A DNA stretch of 64,000 bases from Mobula hypostoma. Lineage: Eukaryota. Shown piece after piece: positions 39,886 to 51,800 of this stretch. The first letter of the stretch is position 1. Each line of letters starts with the position of its first letter. The stretch lies in NCBI RefSeq assembly GCF_963921235.1, contig NC_086108.1:20522001-20586000 (forward strand), written 5' to 3'. A program made the position numbers and the translations under genes. The notes below the pieces were generated by a model. It was not told the DNA's origin. It made no database searches and was given only the letters and a program-made list of their open reading frames with translations.

Positions 39886-39921
39886 AGTCCTGACGAAGGG
39901 TCTCAGCCTGAAACGTCGACT
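39886..39921 (+). ncRNA. Minimal type I hammerhead ribozyme motif in a ~97-bp Penelope-derived insertion (39886-39982)
   Basis: AGTC-CTGACGA-AGGGTCTCAGCCT-GAAA-CGTC-GACT: intact CUGANGA and GAAA core, GUC cleavage triplet, 4-bp helix I, short helix II, palindromic ACGU in place of helix III. Confidence 0.75.
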
Positions 39922-40959
39922 GCGCCCCTTCCTATAGATGCTGCTTGGCCTGCTGCGTTCACCAGCAACTTTGATGTATGTTGCAAAAGCATGCCCACCC
40001 ATAGTGAAATGATTAAAATCAAGGTGTGAAAGAAGCCATGAACAGGAAAGTGCAGATAGCTTGCAGCATTTTTTGTGGTTAGATTATGTTATAGACAAAG
40101 AGGCCACAGGCCACAGAGGTTTTAAAATATTAAGAGTGAGCCATTGTTAAATTGTGAGCCAACACATGGAGTAAATGACACAGAGTGAATTTCAAGCAGT
40201 TAAGTCTTGAATGAACAAGTTGAATAATGGCAGGTTGGTCAGGAGGTGTTTTATATTGTCAGATCCAGACGTGGCAATGACATGTATATGGGTTTAAGTT
40301 GTAGTGAGTTGGGCTGAATTCAGACAATTTAAGTGAAGGAGAATTTGACTGTATTGTTGAAGGAGGAGGTGCTATTGGTCAGAAACTCATCGGGGACAAA
40401 AGTGAAACTGGTATATTGAAAAAGGACAAGAATTTTGCACTGTTGCTGTAATTTTTCTTAAACTGCTCATACAGTTTTGTTTTCAAGGACTTGTGTATGG
40501 ATATTGGTTCAAAACAGAAAAAGATCAAACTGAGGTGCCCAACAAAGTATTGAGAAATCACTATCATCAGTGAAACATCAACATTTCAGAGAGAAAACTT
40601 TCCAAACAAAATACAACTAAAATTTTAACAGAATTTGCACACTGTGAAAAAAGCTATTAAATCATTCTTCAAACAATTACAAAAACGGTTGTAAGACAGA
40701 CCAGTGCAGCAGTAGTGATAAATTCAGGAATGGTCTCCTCTTCCAGATGGAAAAACTGCACACACCATAACAGGTACCAGATACTACAGACAAAAATCAG
40801 ACTATATCATCATCATCATCATAATTCTCCGTGTGACCTTTGCACGACTGCTGCACAAATTGGAAACTGCATGTCCTACATTAATAATAATGACAACACC
40901 TCAAAAGAATTTGTTTTCCTTTGGGGGGAAGGGGTCCCCTAGGAATGAGGATTACGTAC

Positions 40960-41892
40960 TTTGATCCATTTCTGTGGCTTCCGCTGTCAGTGTTGTGGAC
41001 CCTGTCAGAGATGGAAAATGAAATGTTTGGCAGAGCAATTAATCTGGGAGGTGGTTTATGCATACTGTCTATGCTGGGCTTCTCTATGCTCCCGGTACAT
41101 GTTCAAGGTTCTCAAAGTGATCCCAAATTCTCTTTCTTGATTTCGAAGTTATGAACCTAGGATTCCCAATGGTGAGTTGAGACATTGCACTTTTTCCAAG
41201 AAATGTTTTGAGAACATTCTTAAAGCTTTTTGTTGTCCACTTGGTAATCTCTTAGTATGACAGAGTTTGGAATAAAATGCGTGTGTGGATGTCCTTAAGT
41301 GTCAATTTCATGGGTCTACCATTGAATGTGCAAATAATATGGACTACCTCATACAGCAAATTTATGCCTTAATACCTCGGACACTGCCTGGAAAGTCAAT
41401 TTGCACTGGTTCACTTAACCTGCTACTGAATTTGGAAAATTTTGAATCAATAGTTTTAGTAGCACTTCTCCAAGCCTTTGAACCACCTGCTGTAAGTGGC
41501 CTAAGTCACAAAAACAAGCACTGCTGAGACTGTAATGTTCAAACATCTTTTTCCTTAGGTAGCTAGAGGCTGTTCTGATGGACTGATGGTGACGTGATTT
41601 TAATCATAACCTTTGCTTTTGTTATGGTGATTCCCAAGAGATGAGAATTGCCTCTCCTCTTGAAGAATATTTCACAATTATGAAATTTCTCAGCATACAC
41701 TCCACAAATCTCTTGGCACTTGGAGGTTGTGGATTTGGGATCGAAGTTCCTCACTGCCAAGTTTTAGAACTCCTGGTGTGATATAGTCTGTTCTTGAGCA
41801 CCTTGCCGCTTTTCACCAAGGAAATGGCTTTTTTGACTTCTTACTGAATAGGGATAGTGGCAAGGCCGGTCTAGATAATATTCTATGGAATG
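40960..41892 (-). mobile_element. Degraded RTE-like LINE fragment
   Basis: Weak resemblance to an RTE RT N-terminal region; heavily mutated. Confidence 0.35.
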
Positions 41893-41900
41893 GTGTAAAG

Positions 41901-42066
41901 CAGCGGTGGCCAACCTTTTACATTCCATGCGTCAATTTTTTCACGCACGAGTTCTATATTAACATATTTTTACAAGAATTGAATGGGGGTACAAGAGTTG
42001 TATGGCACATCTGAACTCGTGCGTGAAAAAACTGACGCATGGAATGTAGAAAGTTGGCCACCCCTG
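41901..42066. mobile_element. hAT (Charlie-type) MITE
   Basis: ~54-bp TIRs (cagcggtggccaacctttt... / ...aaagttggccacccctg). Perfect 8-bp TSD GTGTAAAG at 41893-41900 and 42067-42074. Confidence 0.92.
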
Positions 42067-42654
42067 GTGTAAAGGATCCTCCGATCAAAGATTTTAACTC
42101 TAAATTTGCATAATCCTTACAATTAAGCACCTTGGGGCATGCAAAGGGGACATAAAAGGTGCTATACAAATATATCTCTTTCCAAAGCATAGTTTCAATT
42201 TATTATACATCTGACTTCTGTTTGACAAAGATCTCTTTTTCACCTGTTATATAAAAAAAATTTACTTCAAACAGCAGCAACCAGCATACTAGTGTGCAGA
42301 CACCTTATTTTATCTTTAGAAACTATAAAAACAGAGTCACATCCTGCTAATACACTTCAGTTAAGGTTACCCAAATGTTTGCTTTATTATTTCCATATGA
42401 TCTTCCCTTGATGTTGCAGTCACAGTCTTCTTTTTGCAGCCTAGTTTGTGTAAATAATAAATCACTAAATTATCACAAGGAAATACTACATCAACTTTAC
42501 TAATTTTTCACACCATTATTCTTTTCCTCTCATTCCAATATTCAGGCTATTTTCCCAAAACTTGGAGAAGTTAGTCCAGAAACTGCTCTGGATAAACCAC
42601 TAAAAATTTGGGCCCCTAATCTCATATGGCAACAAAATAAATTAAAAGATAGTA

Positions 42655-43010
42655 CTGAAGAACCTTTGGGTGGCGGAGTGGAGATATGCCTCTTCCAAAG
42701 CAGGTGCAAGGCACTCCTTCCCTCGCAAGCCTGCCTGCAGGTCACCCCTGGGCAAGGTGTAGCACCTGCTTAGGCCTCCAATCATGATCATGTGGAACCA
42801 TGGGAGCACGTGATGAATAGTCATATAAGCAGCTGGTGCACATCACAAGTGCTGGTTATATGACCACTAAGGCCAGGCAGACAGTCTCTGGAGTATTGAT
42901 AATGGCTGGGGTCACCCACTTTGTAAAGACACTGCCCAGAAGAAAGCAATGGCAAACCACTTCTGAAAGATCATGATCAGCCATGTCATACTACATGGCA
43001 CATAACAAAT
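42655..43010 (+). mobile_element. RTE-related SINE or non-autonomous retroelement
   Basis: 3' part gaagaaagcaatggcaaaccacttctg resembles the BovB/Sauria-SINE-type RTE 3' end. Confidence 0.55.
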
Positions 43011-43849
43011 AAATGAACTGAAGAATCTCGCATTTGCAATTTGGAAAGTGTATCTTTCCAAATTAATGCTAATTAGCTGAACCTTACAAATCACCGGCCT
43101 CAATTTTCCATATACTGATTTCCCACTCACTCCATAGGTAGCTTAATATCAGCTAATCAGCATCAGTACTCAAATTTATGACATCACAAAAATGGTTTCA
43201 AAGGTTTCTCTTAATCCTTTTCCTTAAAAGTTTTCACTCAGTGTTTCCTTGTGGAGGGAAGTGATAAATAGTTCATGGCAGAAGTCACAGTTTCAATACT
43301 TTCCCTCTACTTCATGACTACAATAGTTTGAATCTCTACTCAATATGTCTTTCAGCAGTACAGATGAGACAGAGAGCAAGCCACATGAAAAAATAATTGC
43401 AGTCCAAGGTTTTATTTTCTGCAACTGGAAGCCATATTCTTTAAGAAAGGAGACAAATTTAACTGCAATAACAACAGGGAAGTCTCCAATAGAAAGTCTT
43501 CTATGTAAGAAACCAACACCAAGTTCCTTCTCAACTGGTTGCTTTTTTAGCTGGCGTTCCACAAATTTAAATCCAATCCCAGTGATCTACATTCATCTCA
43601 AACTGTGAATACAATCCCTAAGGTCTGATATTGTATTGGGGCAAAATTGCAAAGAACGTTGTCTTAAATCTCCAGCTGTGCTCTTCAAAATCCAAGTCTG
43701 CTGCTAAATTAACAAATTTCACATCACGTGTCGGTGATGATAAACCTGATTCTGATTCTTTCTTTCAAGCTTCCCAGTTCATGAAATCAATCTGCCATCA
43801 AAATCCATATCTGAAGGAAATTCTCAACTGTACTAATTGATCAGTGTAT

Positions 43850-46800
43850 TAAAACATAGAATATAGAACATAGAAATCTACAGCACATTACAGGCTTTTC
43901 AGCCCACAATATTGTGCTGAACTACTCGAGAGTCTGTCTAGAATTTCCCGACTACATAGCCCTCTATTTTTCTAATCTCCACGTATCTATCTAAGAGGCT
44001 CTTAAAAAAACCTATTGTATCTGCCTCTACCACCATTGCTGGTGGTGCATTCCATGCACCACACACTCTCTGTGTAGAAAAATTTACCCCTGACATCCCC
44101 CCCGTACCTACTTTCAAGCATCTTAAAACTATGCCCTGTCATGTTAGCTATTTCAGCCCTGGGAAAAAGCCTCTGGCTATCCACACGATCAATGCCTCTC
44201 ATTTTATACACCCCTATCAGGTCACTTCTCATCCTCTGTTGCTCTAAGGAGAAAAGGCCAAGTTCACTAAACTTATTCTCACAAGGCACCCTCTCCAATC
44301 CAGGCAACATCCTTGTAAATCTCCTCTGCACTCTCTCTATAATATCCACATCCTTCCTGTGGGGAGGTGACCAGAACTGAACACACTACTCCAAGTGGGG
44401 TATAACTAAGGCCCTATACAGTTGTAACATTACCTCATGGCTCTTGAACTCAATCCCACAGTTGACGAAGGCCAACACAACATACGCCTTCTTAATAACA
44501 CTGTCAAACCGTGCAGCAGTTTTGAGTGTCCTATGGACAAGGACCCCAAGATCTCTCTGATTTATGATCCTCCACACTTCCAACAGTCTTGCCATTTATA
44601 TCATCTTTAATTTTGACCTACCAAAATGAATCACTTCACACTTATCTGGGTTGAACTCCATCTGCCACTTCTCAGCCCAGTTCTGCATCCTACCGACGTC
44701 TTGCTGTAACCTCTGACAACCCTCCAGACTATCCACAACATCCCCAACTTTTGTATCATCAGCAAACTTACTAATCCACTCCTCTATGTCCTCATCCAGG
44801 TCATTTATAAAAATCACAAAGAGGAGGGGTCCCAGAATAGATCCCCATGGAACACCACTGGTCACCGACCTCCATGCAGAATAAGAACATCTACAACCAT
44901 TTTTTGCCTTCTGGATCCACAAAGCAAGGTCTCCTTAGATCCCATGCCTCCTTTCTTACTTTCATGGGGAACCTTATCAAATGCCTTACTGAAATCTATA
45001 TACTCTACATCCATTGCTCTACTTTCATCAATGTGTTCTGTTATATCCTCAAAGAATTCGTAAGGCCTGCCTTTCCTTGACAAAGCCATGCTGACTACCC
45101 CTAATCAGATTATGTCTCACCAAATGCTCATAAATCCAACCTCTCAGGATCTTCTCCAACAACTTGCCCACTACTGAAGTAAAACTTACAGGTCTATAAT
45201 TTATTGGGTTATCTCTACTCCCTTTCTTGAACAAGGGAACAACATTTGCAACCCTCCAATCCTCTGGAACTTCTCCCGTCCCTATTGATGACGCAAAGAT
45301 CATCAGCAGAACCTTAGCAATCTCCTCTCTTGCTTCACACAATAGCCTGGGGTGTACCTTGTCCAGAGCCGGTGACTTATCTAACTTAATGCTTTTCAAA
45401 AGCTCCAGCACGTCCTCTTTCTTAATGTCTATATGCTCAAGTATTTCAGTCTGCCGTAAGTCATACCCCCAATTGCCAAGGTCCTTTTCCCTGGTGAATA
45501 CTGAAGCAAAGTATTCATTACGTGCATTACCTCCTCCGACTCCATACACACATTTCCACTATCGCACCTGATTGGTCCTATTCTCACATGATTCAACCTC
45601 TTGTTCTTCACATATTTGTAGAATGTCTTGGGGTTTTCCTTAATCCTGCTCGCAAAGACATTCTCATGGCACCTTCTAGCTCCTTAAGCTCCTTCCTGAC
45701 AACCTTGTAATTTTCTAGAGCTCTAACAGTACCTAGTTCCTTGAACCTTCTGTAAGCTTTTCTTTACTTCTTAACTAGATTTTCTACATCCTTTGTACAC
45801 CATGGTTCTTTTACCCTACCATCCTTTCCCTGTCTCAATGGAACGTACCTATGCAGAATGCCATGCAAATGTTCCCTGAACACCATATTTGCCACCTTTC
45901 TGCCGTTCATTTCCTTAAGAACATCTGCTCCCAATTTATGCTCCCGTGTCTGCCTAACAGCATCATATTTCCCCTACCCCAATTAAATGTTTTCCCAAGT
46001 CGTCTGCTCCTATCCCTTTCCAGCGCTATGGTTATGGAAGATAAGAGTTGTGATCACTACCTCCAAAATACTGTCCCACCGAGAGACCTGACACCTGACC
46101 AGGTTCATTTCCCAATACCAGATCGTACAGCCTCGCCTCTAGTTGGCTTATCTACAGATTGCATCAGGAAACCTTCCTCAACACAGCTAACAAACTCCAC
46201 CTCATCCAAATCTCTTGTGCTAAGGAGATGCCAGTCATTGATAGGAAAGTTAAAATCACCGTCACAACAATCCTATTATTATTGCACCACTCCAGAATCT
46301 GCATCCCTATCTGCACCTCAATGTCCATGTTACTATTGGGGGTCTATAAAAAACACCCAGTAGAGTTATTGCCTCCTTCTTGTTTCTGACTTCCACCCAC
46401 ACTGACTCTGTAGACAATCTTTCCATGACTTCCTCCTTTTCCGCAGCCTTGATATTACCCCTGATTAGCAATGCCATGCCCCTACCTCTTTTGCCTCCCT
46501 CCCTGTCCTTTTTGAAATATCTAAAGCCCGACACCCTCAGCAGCCATTCCTGCCCCTGAGATATCCAAGTCTCTGTAATGGCCACAATGTCATAGTTCCA
46601 TGTATTGATCCACGCTCTAAGTTTACCCGCCTTGTTTATGATACTCCTTGCATTAAAATAGCTACATCTCAAACCATCTGTCTGTGTATCTTTGCTCTGT
46701 CATCTGCCCATTCTTCTTCACAAACTCCCTACAAGCTGTCTCTACTTGTGTGCCAACTGCCCTATCCTCTGCCTCTTCACTTTGGTTCCCACCCCACTGC

Positions 46801-47702
46801 AAGTCTCATTTAAACCCTCTCCAATAGCATTAGCAAACCTCCCTTTCAATTCAGGTGCAATCCATCCCACTTATAAATGTCACCCCTTCCCCAGAAAAGG
46901 TTCCAATGATGCAAGCACTTGAAACCCTGCCTCCTGCATCATCTCCTCAGCCACTCATTCGTCTGTGCTGTCTTCCTGTTCTGACCTTCCCTAGCTCGTT
47001 ACACTGGGAGTAATCTGGAGATCACCTCCTTGGAGGTCCGGCTCTTCAGCCTCCTTCCTAACTCCCTAAACTTACTGCACATGTCTCTCCTGCCTATGTC
47101 AGTGGTACCAATATGTACCACAGCCTCTGGCTGCTCACCTCCACTTCACGAATATTCTGCAACCGCTCAGCACATCCTGGACCCTAGCACCTGCGAGGCA
47201 ACACATTATCCTGGGGTCTCTTTTGCTGCCGCAGAATCTCCTGTCTGCCTCCCTAACTATCAAGTCCCCTATGACATTTGCTCTGTCTGACTTCAGCCTT
47301 CTGTGGCTCAGAGCCAACCACAGTGCTATTGGTCTGGCTTTTGCTGCCTTGCCCAAATAAGTCAGCCCCCTCATCAGTGTCCAAAGGCATATACTAATTG
47401 CCGAGGGGAATAGACACAGGGGAATCCTGCACTGACTTCTTTCTCCCTTTACCTCTCTCGGTGTTCACCCATCTACTCCCTGAATTCTGCACTCTGTTTG
47501 TAACCACATGCTCAAAAGTCTCATCTATCAATTGTTCTGCCTCCAGGATGATCCTTGGTTCACCCAACTCCAACTCTAGCTCCATCTCCTTAATGTGGTC
47601 TTTCAGGAGCTGGAGTTGGCTGCACTTCCCACAGGAGTAGTCATCGGGGAGTCCAGCAGGTCCGATGAATTCCCAAATTCTACAGGAAGTGCATTCATAT
47701 TG
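43850..47702 (-). mobile_element. Near-full-length degraded CR1 LINE (ORF1 zinc finger, coiled coil and esterase; ORF2 EN-RT)
   Basis: ORF1 CX2CX16CX2C (CTSC...CGKC) followed by LQLLKDHIKEMELEL. EN motifs YFNARS and TETW; RT KFADDTK; (ttctatg)n-type tail at ~43852. Confidence 0.9.
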
Positions 47703-48129
47703 TAACAAACAAATGAAGATGAAACTGTTCACTGAAGAGAAATATTTTACAATGAAAATGTTGGCACAAGAATCTGAAGAATTCAAAGACTTAATACCAA
47801 TGAACAATTTTTTTAAAGAGGCCCTCAGGATTGAGCATGCCTTTGACCATTTTTTTGATTTCCGAGGTGGATAACAAGGACAATTTGGGAACTGTACATT
47901 CTTGCATAGGTGAAGCAGGTAGTAACCGAAAGGGAATATTCTACGTCGTTTGAAAGGCAATCTTGGTGCATGATCAAGGTCCCAAAAATCCCAAATACTC
48001 TTCTCCAACCGGAGAGATCCTGGCATGGGAGTGGTCAGTAAGGATGTTATCTTCTTCAAGCACATCCATGAATATTTCCCTCCGTCAACTGGTAACCTAT
48101 TTCTAAGATGCATCTATTCCATGACATAA

Positions 48130-48815
48130 CCTATTTCCAGGATACAATGACTACAGGGCCAGTTGCACTCACATCAGTCATAGTGAAGACTTTTGAAAGG
48201 CTGGTCATGTCATCTCTCAAATCCATAATTCACAATTTTCTAGATCTGCTGCAGTTCACCTACAAGAGGCAACAGATCTGTAGAAGATGTAATTAACATT
48301 GGTGTGGACTTCATACTGCAGCACCTCAACTCCACTGGTACATATGCCAGGATTCTCTGTTGATTTCAGTTCAGTCTTCAATACCATCATTGCTGAGCTT
48401 CTGCAAGAGAAACACTCCAAACCTGATGTACCAAGTCCCATATGCAGGTGATTCACAAACTTCTGTGACTAGAGGTAGTATGAGAGACAAGGCAAGAACA
48501 TCTCCACATGCCTCTCACTTAGCACTGGTGCACCACAGGGGTGTGTTCTTTCCCCTCTCCTATTTTTTCTATGCTGCAATGACTGCATTTACAGTGATCA
48601 TTCAGTTAAAACTGATAAAATTCTTAGTGACATCACTGTCAATGGAGTAATCACATGAGGTGATGGATACAAGTATTACCAAGAAGTAACCAAGCTAGTG
48701 TCCGGAATGCCCTCAAAACAGTTGTGATACATATTGACTTGTGTCTCCTCTCCACCCACTCATCAACAACTCTACAGTTAGTACTGTTTCAATATTCAGA
48801 TTCCTGCGCATCATT
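48130..48815 (+). mobile_element. Degraded Rex1/Babar RT fragment
   Basis: Reads PVALTSVIVKTFERLVM and DFSSVFNTII. Confidence 0.75.
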
Positions 48816-48817
48816 AT

Positions 48818-51800
48818 ACATAGAATAGTACAGCACAGTACAGACCCTTCGGCCCACAATGTTGTGCCGACCCTCAAACCCTGCCTCTCATATAACCCCC
48901 GACCTTAAATTCCTCCATATACCCGTCTAGTAGTCTCTTAAATTTCACTAGTGTATCTGCCTCCACCACTGACTCAGGCAGTGCATTCCATGCACCAACC
49001 AGTCTCTGAGCAAAAAACCTTCCTCCAATATCCCCCTTGAACTTCCTACCCCTTACCTTAAAGCCATGTCCTCTTGTATTGAGCAGTGGTGCCCTGGGGA
49101 AGAGGCGCTGGCTATCCACTCTATCTATTCCTCTTATTATCTTGTACACCTCTATCATGTCTCCTTTCATCTTCCTTCTCTCCAAAGAGTAAAGCACTAG
49201 CTCTCTTAATCTCTGATCATAATGCATACTCTCTAAACCAGGCAGCATCCTGGTAAATCTCCTCTGTACCCTTTCCAATGCTTCCACATCCTTCCTATAG
49301 TGAGGCAATCAGAGCTGGACACAGTACTCCAAGTGTGGCCTAACCAGAGTTTTATAGAGCTGCATCATTATATCGTGACTCTTAAAACTCTATCCCTCGA
49401 CTTATGAAAGACTTATGTTAGTGCGCATATGCCAGTCGTGCAAGCAGCCTGTTACAGCCGTTCTGACTAATAATCTTACTTTTTTCTTCTTACTTCTTTA
49501 ACTTACGTTATTTTTTGTATTTTTTTTTCACGGTAACACGTTGAAGCTGCACCCTCTCAAACATGCTGGTAGAGAGAGTTTTATTTGGGTTTTTAGCGCT
49601 GGAAATAGTTACATTCCGACACGTCTCATTAGCGGGGCAGAAGCATGGTCGCATTGTTTATTCCAGGGACCAGCTGATTGAGCGTATGCCGGCCGGTTTA
49701 GCAAGCAGAACGCGGAAAACTATCTGGAGGAAAACACACAGACGATCCATAGGGGGATCACAAAGGTGAGGAAAGAGGACCGGTCGAGACAACAGAGACT
49801 TATGGAGAAGAGGTGATCGGTGGGTGATAAAATGGACGAGTTCGCAGCACTAGCCAGGCATCAGAGAACATTTCGGGAGTGCAGTGTTATGTGTTTTACT
49901 GGAACGGGGCTGCACGAGGACATACCTGATCAAAACTTTTCCATGGAGGGCTTCCAGACCGATCGGGCTGACCGGAAGTGCACTGAGAACGGTAAGCGTA
50001 AAGCAGTTGGGGGCTGACTGTTCTGGTTAACAACGGATTGTGCAATCCGGGTCATATTATGATCGAGGAACATGTTTGTAGACCGGGTATTGAACTTCTT
50101 GCTGTTGGACTCCGGCCATATTCCACCGAGATACAACACTGGGTGTCATGGGAGGTTGTTCCTGCCTGTGGCTATCGAACTTTGCAGCTCCTCCCGTGGA
50201 GGGTCAGACACCCTGAGCCAATAGGCTGGTCCTGGACTTATTTCCATCTGGCATACTTTGCATTTTGTTGTTTGATTGTCTGTGGTTTTTGTATTGCTAT
50301 ATTTATGCTCTATTCTTGGCTGGTGCGGCTGTAACGAAACCCAATTTCCCTCGGGATCAATAAAGTATATCTATCTATGTATCTATCACTCCATAAGCTT
50401 TCTTAACTACCCTATCTACCTGTGAGGCAACATTCAGGGATCTGTAGACATGTACCCCCAGATCCCTTTGCTCCTCCACACTACCAAGTATCCTGCCATT
50501 TACTTTGTACTCTGCCTTGGAGTCTGTCCTTACAAAGTGTACCACCTTACACTTCTCCGGGTTGAACTCCATCTGCCACTTCTCAGCCAACTTCTGCATC
50601 CTATCAATGTCTCTCAACAATCTTCGACAATCCTCTACACTATCTACAACATCACCAACTTTTGTGTCATCTGCAAACTTGCCAACCCACCCTTCTACCC
50701 CCACATCCAGGTCGTTAATAAAAATCACGAAAAGTAGAGGTTCCAGAACCGATCCTTGTGGGACACCACTAGTCTCAACCCTCCAATCCAAATGTACTCC
50801 CTCCACCTGCTTTCTGCAGGCAAGCCAATTCTGAATCCACCTGGCCAAACTTCCCTGGATCCCATGCCTTCTGACTTTCTGAATAAGTCTACTGTGTGGA
50901 ACCTTGTCAAATGCCTTACTAAAATCCATGTAGATCACATCCACTGCACTACCCTCATCTATATGCCTGGTCACCTCCTCGAAGAACTCTATCAGGCTTG
51001 TTAGACATGATCTGCCTTTCACAAAACCATGCTGACTGTCCCTGATCAGACCATGATTCTCTAAATGCCCATAGATCCTATCTCTAAGAATCTTTTCCAA
51101 CAGCTTTCCCACCACAGACGTAAGGCTCACTGGTCTATAATTACCCGGACTGTCCCTACTACCTTTTTTGAACAAGGGGACAACATTCGTCTCCCTCCAA
51201 TCCTCCGGTACCATTCCCGTGGACAACGAGGACATAAAGATCCTAGCCAGAGGCTTAGCCTCCCTCACCTCATGCAGTAGCCCGGGGAATATTCCGTCAG
51301 GCCCCGGGAACTTATCCATCCTAATGTATTTTAACAACTCCAACACCTCCTCTCCCTTAATATCAACATGCTCCAGAACATCAACCTCACTCATATTGTC
51401 CTCACCGTCATCAAGGTCCCTCTCATTGGTGAATACCGAAGAGAAGCATTCATTGAGGACCTTGCTCACTTCCACAGCCTCCAGGCACATCTTCCCACCT
51501 TTATCTCTAATCGGTCCTACCTTCACTCCTGTCGTCCTTTTGTTCTTCACATAATTGAAAAATGCCTTGGGGTTTTCCTTTACCCTACTCGCCAAGGCCT
51601 TCTCACGTCCCCTTCTTGCTCTTCTCAGCCCCTTCTTAAGCTCCTTTCTTGCAACCCTATGTTCAACAGACCTATCTAATCCTTACTTCCTAAACCTCAT
51701 GTATGCTGCCTTCTTCCACCTGTCTAGATTTTCCACCTCACTTGTCACCCATGATTCCTTCACCCTACCATTCTTTATCTTCCTCACTGGGACAAATTTA

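Noticed and set aside
43293..43608. Overlapping ~88-aa ORFs on both strands
   Set aside because: No recognisable homology or splice context; the length is compatible with chance.
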